From Christensenellaceae bacterium (lineage in GTDB: Bacteria > Bacillota > Clostridia > Christensenellales > DTU072): a DNA stretch of 58,568 bases. Both the position numbers and the translations under genes were made by a program. The stretch covers positions 1 through 58,568 of the forward strand of contig JAITQU010000114.1 in assembly GCA_031288735.1 (NCBI GenBank), written 5' to 3'. Numbering within the stretch: the stretch's first letter is position 1; each line of letters starts with the position of its first letter. The notes under the pieces were generated by a model. It searched no databases and had not been told where the DNA came from. It saw nothing but the letters and a program-made list of their open reading frames with translations. Shown here one piece after another: positions 36,391 to 45,322 of the stretch.

Positions 36391-39300
36391 ATGCAATTAT
36401 ACGAACTTTCTCATGCACAAAAAAGAATATTGCTTTCACAACAGATGTATCCAAATAAACCTGTATGTAATATTGGCGGGTATGCGATTTTTGACGGATA
36501 TGTGAAAATAGAAAATTTGAAAACAGCCCTTATTCGAACGGTAGAGTTTTATGATGCCTTTTCTATTCGTATTCGTCTCACAAGTGAGGGATATCGTCAA
36601 TATTTCCTTTGGCAAGAACCAGAACCCTCGCTTTGGGAATCAAACAAAACCACTATAGATAGCGAACAAACAGTGATATCCTTAGTAAGAGAAATGCTCG
36701 AAAAACCCTTTCCACTGCTCGACGAAGCACTGTTTCGAATTATGCTGTTGCGTTTGGGCAAAGATAGGGTTGGCTATGCCATATGTTGCCATCACATAAT
36801 ATTTGATGGATGGTCTATGCGTCTCTTTACCGATGCAGTAAACACGTTTTACAATGGAAGCATACCCCAAAAAAGCTCTTACGTTGATTATTTGAAACAG
36901 GAACAGCAATATCTTGAATCTTCACAGGCGGAAAGGGATCGAATGTTCTGGGAACAAATGTTAGAAAAATTCAAGCCAGACAAGATAGAGGGCAGTAGTG
37001 CATGTTATGGATGGCGAGAGGAATTTTTGATGACAGAGTCTCTAGGACAGAGATTTACGGAAATAGGAGATCGTTTTGGCGGGATCAATATGATATTGCA
37101 TGCCTTTGTTGGACTGATGGAAGTTTACCGTAGAAACAACCAACCTGCGTTACTTAGTATTCCAATTTATAGTCGCCGTGGAAAGCGGATGAAATCAACG
37201 GTCGGCATGTTTACTAGCACTATGTTGCTTGGAATTCCTTGTGAAGCAGAATGGACACTTTCTGAATTTGTTGAAGAAATTAAAAATCGATTTAGAAAAT
37301 CGTTAAGACATCAGCGATGGCCCTATAATCTTATAAAAAACAGAGAGCATGCTCAATTTCGATGCAGCGTTAATTGTTATAATATGAATTTGCATGCTTC
37401 TATGGGAACAGCCTCTGGTAAATACCGTGAAATTTATCCTGGCTGTCAAGCTATTCCCGTGCAAATAATTTTAAATACTTGGGAAAAGCCGTGGCGTATT
37501 GTTTTTGATTTGAGAAGCGACTTGTTTCGTAAAGAGGATAGCAAAGTGATGATGCTGTTTTTCGAAAATTTTTTAACTGTATTAGAAAAAGACCCCGAAT
37601 GCACTGTCATGGATTTTGTTCATAAGCTAGAAGAGCAAGAACGAAGTCGTCAGAAAGGAACTTTCTTGGAAGATTTGCAAGTTTTCTCGCTTACCAAACA
37701 ATTTCAAAAGATATTTGAAATAGAAAATTCAGAAGAAGTAGTCATTTATTATGATGAAAAAAATATAAATAAAGAACAGTTATCAAATTATCTTTGTAGT
37801 GCAGCAAAAAGCCTTACAGATGCTGGGTTACAGTGTGGAGATAAAATAGTGTTGCTAATGGAAAATTCTCCGGAATATGTAATTTATACTTTAGCCGCAG
37901 TAGGACTTGGAATCATTTTTATTCCGCTAGATATCGATACATTGGAAGAGCAAATTTCCTTTGTGCTGAGTAACAGTGCTGCAGCAGCAATAGTTACTAA
38001 GATGAATCTTTCAATAAATTTTCAAAAAAAAGTTATTCGTCCACTTTTAAGCCAAGACACACAATTTTTTCAGTGGCCAGAACTTTCTGATACGGAAATA
38101 GTCTATTGTATATATACTTCGGGCACAACGGGCAAATCCAAAGGGGTCACCGTATCCCGTGGAGCTTTAGCTTCTTACCTAAGTTGGAGTAGAACTTACT
38201 ACAGTTGCAGTGAAAAGAAACTAAATTTTTTGATGTTCACATCTCCTGCGTTTGACTTATCGCTTACTGCGCTGTTTTTGCCGCTGACAAGTGACGGGCA
38301 ACTTGTTATTGTACCTCGTGGGGGGATACATCAATTACATAACCTGCAGAATATTTCGCAGGTAACAGCAATTAAAGCAACACCGTCCCACTTGGAACTA
38401 CTCTTACGCACCGACAAATCAAACCTTTCGCTAAAGGCAATTATCTGTGGAGGAGAAGAGTTAACTGTTTCTCTGGCCAAACGTTTACAGCAGCGCTTTG
38501 GTGTGGATTGTCAAATCTATAATGAATATGGTCCCACCGAATGTACGATTGGGTGTATGTATCATAAATTTAATAGTTTGGATGGAGAAGATCGCGGAGT
38601 CTCTATTGGACGTGCTGCTCCAGGATGCCGTGCCTACGTTGTGTCTGAAAACAAACACCTTGCTTATGGCGGAACGATAGGAGAAATTTATTTAGCTGGA
38701 AAGCAGCTTGCAACAGGTTATTTAAATGAACCGAAAAAAACACGGGAAGCATTCCTTCAAAATTTTTTAGGAGAGACAGTAACTTACCGCACAGGTGATC
38801 TTGCACGCTATGAAAACGGCAAATTAACTTATTTAGGTAGGAAAGATAATCAAAAAAAAATTAATGGATATCGTATTGAACTTGGAGGGGTAGAGAATGC
38901 TATAAAATCTATCCCTGGAGTAACAAATGCCGGAGTTTGGGTTGAGCCGGGTGTGCGGCAGACACTTTGTGCGGCAGTAGAGACGACTATTTTGGCAGAA
39001 AAATTCATTCGCACAGAGCTTTTAAAAATGCTACCAGTTTATTGTATGCCTCACCATTTTTTCTTACGAGAACAATTGCCACTAAATCAGAATGGAAAAT
39101 TGGATACGAGTCTATTTCAAATTCAAACAAAGTCACCTCAAGGAACAGTTCGAAAAGTAGTGGAATCGGCTATTCGAAAAGTTCTAGATTATAACGGTGA
39201 TATAGATAAATTTGATTACTTTGCTGCAGGAGGAGATTCTGTTCGTGCATTGTTTTTATCCACGGCACTAGAGGAAGCAGGGCTTTCCCTTTCGATGGCA

Positions 39301-40452
39301 GATATTCTAACACATCCTAAAATAAAAGAATTAGAGGCATTGGTTATAGATACTAAGATGCAACAAACGCAGACTTTAGAAGAATACCCACTACCTAAGC
39401 ATCTTCAGTATCTGCGCGACACATGTACGGATTTTAGAAAATATCGACATACTTTGGTATTTTGCTTAAATAATGAATTATCTCAAAAATGGGCAGATGA
39501 AAGCTACCACTTACTTTTAAAAAAATTTCCGGCTTTGCAGACCGAATTTGAGTATGAAAAAGGTGTTTTGCGATATAACCGTAATCATATAGGGTCAGCT
39601 ATTCATGCTAAAAGAGGAGAAATGCGAAAGAAGCTGGAGATGCATAGTGACCACTTGTTTAATTTTGTGATTGAATACGATTTAGCAGAAACGAAAATTG
39701 GGATTTCGCTTCATCACATCTTAGCCGATGCGGTTTCTTGGAAATTGATTTTGGGTGCAATGTTGCTTCTAACTGAAGGAAAGGATATTCAACAAATTGG
39801 AGACATGAGGTTATACCAATTAGATGAAGCGATGGAATATAATTGGCCTAATCAAGTGCCACTATGTCTTGGAGAATATTTTACATGCTCAGCAACAATT
39901 CCATTGACAGAACCATGCGATATTTATACATTTATTGATTTATGTACTGAAACGCTTGCGAAGCGAACCGAAACTGCAAATATGGTGGCTTTATGCGACT
40001 GGAATGGGCGAATGATGCTCAAACAAACAGGGATGACAACTGAAATAGGATGCTATTCTGTTTTCCTGCCAATATACCCTAAAAAAGGAATGGTCAGAAG
40101 TCAGATAGAAGAGCTTCTAAATCAAAAAAAGATTGACCTTCCTGCGCAAGAAAAAGCAATCAGAATCAATTTTTTGGGCGATCTTGGACGTCTTATGCCA
40201 AGTAAATTAAAATTTGTGCCAGAATCCTTAGAGTGGAGCATGGAATCCTGTAGTGCGCATGGGTGTGCAGCAGAAATTACTTGTGTATGTAGTGCGACAG
40301 AAATGAAAATTTATATTGCAACTCGCGGAATTCTGGATTTAAAACTTCTGCCACATATTCTTGAAGATGTTGTAAAACGAGTAGAAAATCCTATACGAGA
40401 AGATTTGTTAGGGCTTAATAAGTCAGAAATAGATGCCTTATTTGACGACTGA
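36391..40452 (+). CDS. NRPS module C(starter-like)-A(Asn-like code)-T-E(epimerase-type)
   Basis: The N-terminus MQLYELSHAQKRILLSQQMYP resembles lipopeptide starter C domains. The C motif HHIIFDGWS lies at 36790-36816. The A domain has YTSGTTGKSKG (38113-), NEYGPTE, YRTGD and NGKLDTS. T has GGDS with Ser at 39238. The C-terminal domain has HHILADAVSWKLI (39712-), DWNGRM and TTEIGCYSVFLPIYP, which follow the E-domain patterns HHxxxDxVSW, EGHGRE and TVGWFT. An alternative start is ATG 36364. Confidence 0.92.
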   Translation: MQLYELSHAQKRILLSQQMYPNKPVCNIGGYAIFDGYVKIENLKTALIRTVEFYDAFSIRIRLTSEGYRQYFLWQEPEPSLWESNKTTIDSEQTVISLVREMLEKPFPLLDEALFRIMLLRLGKDRVGYAICCHHIIFDGWSMRLFTDAVNTFYNGSIPQKSSYVDYLKQEQQYLESSQAERDRMFWEQMLEKFKPDKIEGSSACYGWREEFLMTESLGQRFTEIGDRFGGINMILHAFVGLMEVYRRNNQPALLSIPIYSRRGKRMKSTVGMFTSTMLLGIPCEAEWTLSEFVEEIKNRFRKSLRHQRWPYNLIKNREHAQFRCSVNCYNMNLHASMGTASGKYREIYPGCQAIPVQIILNTWEKPWRIVFDLRSDLFRKEDSKVMMLFFENFLTVLEKDPECTVMDFVHKLEEQERSRQKGTFLEDLQVFSLTKQFQKIFEIENSEEVVIYYDEKNINKEQLSNYLCSAAKSLTDAGLQCGDKIVLLMENSPEYVIYTLAAVGLGIIFIPLDIDTLEEQISFVLSNSAAAAIVTKMNLSINFQKKVIRPLLSQDTQFFQWPELSDTEIVYCIYTSGTTGKSKGVTVSRGALASYLSWSRTYYSCSEKKLNFLMFTSPAFDLSLTALFLPLTSDGQLVIVPRGGIHQLHNLQNISQVTAIKATPSHLELLLRTDKSNLSLKAIICGGEELTVSLAKRLQQRFGVDCQIYNEYGPTECTIGCMYHKFNSLDGEDRGVSIGRAAPGCRAYVVSENKHLAYGGTIGEIYLAGKQLATGYLNEPKKTREAFLQNFLGETVTYRTGDLARYENGKLTYLGRKDNQKKINGYRIELGGVENAIKSIPGVTNAGVWVEPGVRQTLCAAVETTILAEKFIRTELLKMLPVYCMPHHFFLREQLPLNQNGKLDTSLFQIQTKSPQGTVRKVVESAIRKVLDYNGDIDKFDYFAAGGDSVRALFLSTALEEAGLSLSMADILTHPKIKELEALVIDTKMQQTQTLEEYPLPKHLQYLRDTCTDFRKYRHTLVFCLNNELSQKWADESYHLLLKKFPALQTEFEYEKGVLRYNRNHIGSAIHAKRGEMRKKLEMHSDHLFNFVIEYDLAETKIGISLHHILADAVSWKLILGAMLLLTEGKDIQQIGDMRLYQLDEAMEYNWPNQVPLCLGEYFTCSATIPLTEPCDIYTFIDLCTETLAKRTETANMVALCDWNGRMMLKQTGMTTEIGCYSVFLPIYPKKGMVRSQIEELLNQKKIDLPAQEKAIRINFLGDLGRLMPSKLKFVPESLEWSMESCSAHGCAAEITCVCSATEMKIYIATRGILDLKLLPHILEDVVKRVENPIREDLLGLNKSEIDALFDD
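39370..40449 (+). other. Epimerization-type domain at the C-terminus of the C-A-T-E NRPS
   Basis: HHILADAVSW has the VSW of E domains rather than the GWS of C domains. PLPKHLQYL sits where E domains carry PLTPIQxWF. DWNGRM sits at the EGHGRE position (Asp for Glu). IGCYSVFLPIYP fits the VGWFTxxYP pattern. Confidence 0.65.
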
Positions 40453-40472
40453 TTATAGAGGTTAAAAATAAA

Positions 40473-41468
40473 ATGGTAATGGATCGAATTTCAGGAATTA
40501 TTCCCTACAACAAATGCTTTTACTATAACTGTTTTCACAGTCATTTATTTCCAATCATAGAGAAAAATCGTGGTAATTGTACCCTTTTTCTCGCAAATGG
40601 GATTCCTTATTTTCAAATACAAACAAATGAGACAAGCAAACGTATTTTGGTACGATTTGCATTCCAATCTGACTATACAGTTCTTTTAGCGCAACAAGGT
40701 ATTTCAGTAAGGAAGTTTTCCGCAAGTGATTGGAAGCAAGTCTTAGATAAAGCCTTACTGAATGAAGAGCCTGTGATTGTTGGTGTTGATGGTTGGTACT
40801 TAGATTATCGTGATGATCTTTATCATAAAATACATTGGCCACATACGCTCTTGATATTTGGTGTGGACCAAAGTAATAAAACATATTTAGCTATAGATCA
40901 ACCTACCAGGGAAAACATGCAATTTTCAGAGTGGACACTTACAAGCCATGTGTTAGAAAGTGCGTATGAAGGTTTTTGTAAACAAAAAGGTCATGATCCT
41001 TTGTTTTCTGCTGACGAAATGATACTGTTTCATTTTGAGGGTAACCCAGACCCTTGTACTGCAAAGGAAATAGCGATATTTTGGCATAAAAATCGAAAAA
41101 TGCAGCGAATGAAAATTTTTCAAGGACTCTATAAATTGGCAGAATTTAAATGTTACTTAATGAATTGTTTAGATATGTCTTCTAGTAGTAGTGACGCATG
41201 CGCATTTGTTCTGGAGGGGCTAAATGATATTGTAAAACAAAAGCGTTGGGAAGTGTTTTTTCTAAAGTATTTGTTACCATCGCATGAGAATTGTGCAAAT
41301 ATAGCACAAAACCTCCTAAACTATTGGAGTAATATTAGAAATTTAGTTGGGTATGTCTTTCTATCTGGGTATTCACGAAAAAAAACCGTGCAGCATATTT
41401 ACGAAAAATATGAAATTGTGCTCAAGACAGAGCGAGAATACGCTGTCTTGGCAGAAGAAGAGGTATAG
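40473..41468 (+). CDS. BtrH-like / C39-like papain-fold Cys-His protein (putative carrier-protein-dependent acyltransferase or peptidase), paralog 1
   Basis: An N-terminal Cys context (YYNCFHSHLF) is followed by EPVIVGVDGWYLDYRDDLYHKIHWPHTLLIFGVDQSNKTYLAIDQP, with an all-helical C-terminal half. The pattern is shared with 44345-45319. The family assignment is from memory of the BtrH_N/DUF4872 architecture and is not verified. Confidence 0.45.
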   Translation: MVMDRISGIIPYNKCFYYNCFHSHLFPIIEKNRGNCTLFLANGIPYFQIQTNETSKRILVRFAFQSDYTVLLAQQGISVRKFSASDWKQVLDKALLNEEPVIVGVDGWYLDYRDDLYHKIHWPHTLLIFGVDQSNKTYLAIDQPTRENMQFSEWTLTSHVLESAYEGFCKQKGHDPLFSADEMILFHFEGNPDPCTAKEIAIFWHKNRKMQRMKIFQGLYKLAEFKCYLMNCLDMSSSSSDACAFVLEGLNDIVKQKRWEVFFLKYLLPSHENCANIAQNLLNYWSNIRNLVGYVFLSGYSRKKTVQHIYEKYEIVLKTEREYAVLAEEEV

Positions 41469-41471
41469 TTT

Positions 41472-43130
41472 ATGCATATAGGATTGATGGGGAACTCTTT
41501 ACGCCCAATGATTCAGCAAGGAACGGTTTATGGATATGACATCGCAGCAAATGAACTAATTGATAGTATTTTTCGCTACAGCAATGCAGATCGTATAACC
41601 TGTCTTTATGAACCAGAACAATTTCAGCAAGAACTTTTAATGCGCAAAAAAAACAAAGTGCTTCGCAAACAGGAAACAGAAAAAGAAATTTCGCTGCTGA
41701 GCGAATATGATCTTCTATTTCATTCAGACAAGACTAAGATGTTGGATATGGAGATACTTCATAATGTGAGTAGTGAGTTTTCTCCTCTTTTAGCGCTGCG
41801 TGAGGTTATTGGTCGCCCCATTCCAATAACTTTTACTATCCATTGTGCTAGTTATCCTCAGCTTTTGAATAACTTCTTTCTTCCGATGAGCATGATGTGC
41901 TTTAAATCGTATGACGCACTGATTTGCACTTCAGCAGCGGTTCGCTTAACGGTTGAAAAAATTTTGAAACGTACTAGAGAATATTCGGGTAAGGGAAATC
42001 AATTGAGATTAGAACAAATCCCTCTAGGTGTGGATACCAACCGGTTTGCTCCTGGAAGACGATTTGAAGCCAGAGAAAAATATAATATTCCTAAAGATGC
42101 TTTTGTAATCCTTTGGCTTGGACGTATTTCCGCTTGTGATAAAGCAGATTTATGTCCACTTTTGCAGGTTGTCGCAAAGCTGATTCGAAAAAATCCAAAT
42201 AAACAAATCCGTTTAGTCATTGCAGGATACCAGCCCGAAGGGACATCGTATTTGCAGGCGCTACAAGGGCTGACACGTACACTTGAGGTGAGCGAAGAAA
42301 CCATTTTTTTTGACAGACATGATATTTCTACACGTAGCGATTTATACGCGCTTAGTGATGTGTTTACTTCTCCAGTGGACAACGTACAAGAAACTTTTGG
42401 TATTACTCCTATCGAGGCGATGTCTTGTGGTGTTCCTCAAGTAGTAAGCGATTGGAATGGGTATCGAGATACTGTGGTGGATAAAGTTACTGGTTTTCGT
42501 ATACCAACATATTGGTGTAAATGTGATGAAGATTTGTGCTTATTAGGGGAATTGCCATCGGATCAGCAACACCGAAGCCAACTTCATCATTATTTACTTA
42601 GCCAGACAGTTGCAATAGATCCAAACGCATATTTAGCAGCATTTCAGACACTTTTAGATAATGAAGATTTACGGCGAAAGATGTCAGAAGCTTCTCGCTC
42701 AGAGGCACTTAAGCGGTTTGACTGGAAAAATGTTATTTCAGCGTACGATATTCTTTGGAAAGATTTATCGAAACAAGCAACTACTTCCAAAGAAAGCTTT
42801 AATCCTGATAAGCTTCTTTTACCAAATTATTGTGAAGATTTCGCTTCATATCCTACTTCTTTTTTAGGAGAAAATGTTCCTTTTTCCCGAATTAATGGTA
42901 AAAAAGCAATGCTTAAAGATTCTCATCATGCTCCGTATGGCGTGGAGTCTATTTTGTTTCCAAATGAATTGCTAGATCAAATTTTGATTCGCCTGTCTCA
43001 AAGCTTGTGTACTATGAAAGAGTTTTGTGCGGAACATCCTACGCAGCCTCAGGCACAAATTCGTAGAAGTTTTATGTTTTTATGTAAATATGGGATGATT
43101 TGTCCATATCTCGAAACAAAAGGTAGGTAA
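41472..43130 (+). CDS. GT-B fold glycosyltransferase (GT4-like)
   Basis: The C-terminal Rossmann half carries ILWLGRISACDKAD. It also carries the EX7E-type motif ETFGITPIEAMSCGVPQVVSDWNGYRDTVVDKVTGF. Confidence 0.8.
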   Translation: MHIGLMGNSLRPMIQQGTVYGYDIAANELIDSIFRYSNADRITCLYEPEQFQQELLMRKKNKVLRKQETEKEISLLSEYDLLFHSDKTKMLDMEILHNVSSEFSPLLALREVIGRPIPITFTIHCASYPQLLNNFFLPMSMMCFKSYDALICTSAAVRLTVEKILKRTREYSGKGNQLRLEQIPLGVDTNRFAPGRRFEAREKYNIPKDAFVILWLGRISACDKADLCPLLQVVAKLIRKNPNKQIRLVIAGYQPEGTSYLQALQGLTRTLEVSEETIFFDRHDISTRSDLYALSDVFTSPVDNVQETFGITPIEAMSCGVPQVVSDWNGYRDTVVDKVTGFRIPTYWCKCDEDLCLLGELPSDQQHRSQLHHYLLSQTVAIDPNAYLAAFQTLLDNEDLRRKMSEASRSEALKRFDWKNVISAYDILWKDLSKQATTSKESFNPDKLLLPNYCEDFASYPTSFLGENVPFSRINGKKAMLKDSHHAPYGVESILFPNELLDQILIRLSQSLCTMKEFCAEHPTQPQAQIRRSFMFLCKYGMICPYLETKGR

Positions 43131-44341
43131 TGAAAAATTGGAACAAAAAAATTCAGTATGCCAAAGTGCATATTTGTGGACAAGAAACGGAGATATTTGG
43201 TATTCCTGATAGACTATATCAGCTAGCATCCAATAGTAAAGCGTTTACTGCTCTCGGAATTTTGCTTTTAGTCCAGCAAAAAAGATTGAAATTGGATTTG
43301 CCAACCGATGCCTATTCTGACAAGCTTTGTTTCAGTGACAAGCACGGTTTGCAACAAACAGTAACTATTCGCCAATTACTAAACCATTATGGAGGGCTTG
43401 ATAAAAACACCATACGTTTTCAGCATGAGGGCGAAATGGATATAACAGATGCAGCACAAGCTATTACAAAAATGCCGCTAAAGAGTGCCCCCGGAACCAA
43501 GTTTTGTTATGCTACAGGCGGATATATTGTATTAGGCAGAATTATTGAGATAATTAGCGGTCAATCCTACGGTGAGTTTATTAGAAAAAACATATTTGCT
43601 CCTCTAGACCTAGACGCAACAGATGTGGAGCAAGTGCCACTGCGTGGTTTAAAAGATGGTCTCTTTGGGGTACGCTATGCTAATTGGAAAGGTTGTGGAG
43701 CGTTTGCTCCTGCTGGCTACTTGATTAGTAGCCCAAAAAACTGCGCTCGTTGGTTAGAACTTTTGCTTGGGAATATTGAAATTGAAAATGAATACAAGAT
43801 ATTGCTGCAACGTAGTTTAGATTTACGTGATTACGTGCAAACAAAGGAAAACGGCGTTTTTTATGGGTTTGGTTGGTACTATGATAAAAGGCAAGACGTG
43901 TATTTTCATGATGGAAGAAATCCTTATTTTTCTTCTTGTATTGCATTTTCGTCCGCAGGAAAAGGGGCAGCAGCACTGTGCAACATTCACTTGAGTCGTT
44001 CTGTAGAAGAAGTATTCGAATTTATGGGGTTGGAAAAAGAAAAAAGATTGCCACATAATTTTAAAGCAATGATTGTACGAATTGGGATTGCATTATTATT
44101 TATATCGTGCGCTTTAGTTTTGCATGTAGTTGGAGTTGGTGTAAAAGCGATTGTCTTTTCAGTGTTTGCAACGACTATAACACAAATAGCGATATACCTT
44201 ATTTCGGGTGAGCTTTCAATTCGACAACAATATCTTTGGTTACCAGAATGGCTATTTGTACTACTATGGGTGTTTCCCGCCGGAATTGTTATTTTGATTA
44301 TGGGTGTTTTAAACCTGTTTTCTATACGAGGAGGATTATAA
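43130..44341 (+). CDS. S12 / beta-lactamase-fold serine hydrolase with three C-terminal transmembrane helices (ClbP-like architecture)
   Basis: The SxxK motif is S34-N-S-K37, with the Ser codon at 43229. FCYATGGYIVLGRIIEIISGQSYGEF is the YxN-region pattern and FHDG is the HxG motif. Three hydrophobic helices lie in aa about 316-400 (IVRIGIALLFISCALVLHVVGV, AIVFSVFATTITQIAIYLISG, WLFVLLWVFPAGIVILIMGVLNLF). No N-terminal signal peptide is evident. Confidence 0.8.
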   Translation: MKNWNKKIQYAKVHICGQETEIFGIPDRLYQLASNSKAFTALGILLLVQQKRLKLDLPTDAYSDKLCFSDKHGLQQTVTIRQLLNHYGGLDKNTIRFQHEGEMDITDAAQAITKMPLKSAPGTKFCYATGGYIVLGRIIEIISGQSYGEFIRKNIFAPLDLDATDVEQVPLRGLKDGLFGVRYANWKGCGAFAPAGYLISSPKNCARWLELLLGNIEIENEYKILLQRSLDLRDYVQTKENGVFYGFGWYYDKRQDVYFHDGRNPYFSSCIAFSSAGKGAAALCNIHLSRSVEEVFEFMGLEKEKRLPHNFKAMIVRIGIALLFISCALVLHVVGVGVKAIVFSVFATTITQIAIYLISGELSIRQQYLWLPEWLFVLLWVFPAGIVILIMGVLNLFSIRGGL

Positions 44342-44344
44342 ATT

Positions 44345-45319
44345 ATGCTTCAATTAAATTATCGAACTCAAATTACAGAAGTTCCTGACTGCATGATGGG
44401 GTCTATTGTAAACGCAGCATTATACTATGGGATGGACTATGCATATTTATATCGCGGAATATGGGTATTTCGCTTTGAAGCCAAAAGTGAGCAGAACGAT
44501 AGTTTTTGGAAAAGGCTATCCACCGATGAACTTGTCAATTCACATAAGCAGATTGAACTATACCATGGGCTTCAACTTCAGCGTTATGAAGCCTGTGACA
44601 AGGAAGAATTTCTTTCCGTGCTTAAAAAAGAATTACAAAATGGTAATCCTGTCGCAGTTGGATTTGATGCTTTTTATTGTCCATGGTCTGGTGTTTATCG
44701 CAGACATACCTTACTGCATTTCTGTCTAATAGTAGGCTTGGATGAAAAAAGTCGTGAAATTCTTTGTGCGGACCCATACTTTATGGCGAATATTCGTCCA
44801 TGTCCTATCGACGAAATGATGGCAGGCTTTTTAGAGTTTAGCCTATTTCGCAAGATACAACCCGTATGCGGTTTAGAAACATGGAAACAGGATGTTCTGC
44901 TTTGTGCAAAACAAAAAATTGATGATGACGTGTTCACCCAAATGCGGGAAATGAAGGATGAAATTTTAAATTCTCGTGGATTCGTTTCGGAAATTAGACA
45001 GCAAAATGATAAATATTCTTATGAATTGTTTTATCAAATAAAATATATTCATCATAGCAGAGTTAATCACGGAGAATTTTTGCGATACGTTGCAAAGCAT
45101 GTAGGTCAGCAGGCTCAAATGTTGAATAAAAGCGCAAAATGCTTAGATGAAGCGGGCAAATTGTGGGCAACAACAGGGCAGTGTTTTACTAAACTTGCTT
45201 ATCTGGATGATAAAAAAAGAACCGAAAAATTGATTGCTGGAATTGCTGAAAGGATGGAAAAATGTATTGAGTTAGAATACCTTGCTGCAACACATATTTT
45301 AGAAAGTATAGGAGAATGA
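44345..45319 (+). CDS. BtrH-like / C39-like papain-fold Cys-His protein, paralog 2
   Basis: The N-terminal Cys context is VPDCMMGSIVNAAL. It is followed by NPVAVGFDAFYCPWSGVYRRHTLLHFCLIVGLDEKSREILCADPY and a helical C-terminal half. An AGGAGG RBS is present. Confidence 0.45.
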   Translation: MLQLNYRTQITEVPDCMMGSIVNAALYYGMDYAYLYRGIWVFRFEAKSEQNDSFWKRLSTDELVNSHKQIELYHGLQLQRYEACDKEEFLSVLKKELQNGNPVAVGFDAFYCPWSGVYRRHTLLHFCLIVGLDEKSREILCADPYFMANIRPCPIDEMMAGFLEFSLFRKIQPVCGLETWKQDVLLCAKQKIDDDVFTQMREMKDEILNSRGFVSEIRQQNDKYSYELFYQIKYIHHSRVNHGEFLRYVAKHVGQQAQMLNKSAKCLDEAGKLWATTGQCFTKLAYLDDKKRTEKLIAGIAERMEKCIELEYLAATHILESIGE

Positions 45320-45322
45320 ACT

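Noticed and set aside
39370-40449. C-terminal domain of the 1362-aa NRPS as a terminal, chain-releasing condensation (CT) domain
   Set aside because: That was my first reading because of the HHxxxD motif. However, HHILADAVSW plus the DWNGRM and IGCYSVFLPIYP patterns fit epimerization domains better than C or CT domains. HMM subtyping is still needed.
44427-44729. 100-aa + strand ORF in an alternate frame inside the second BtrH-like gene, and the 122-aa ORF 49684-50052 overlapping the small radical SAM gene
   Set aside because: They lie entirely or mostly inside longer ORFs that carry recognisable motifs. They have no RBS and no motifs of their own.
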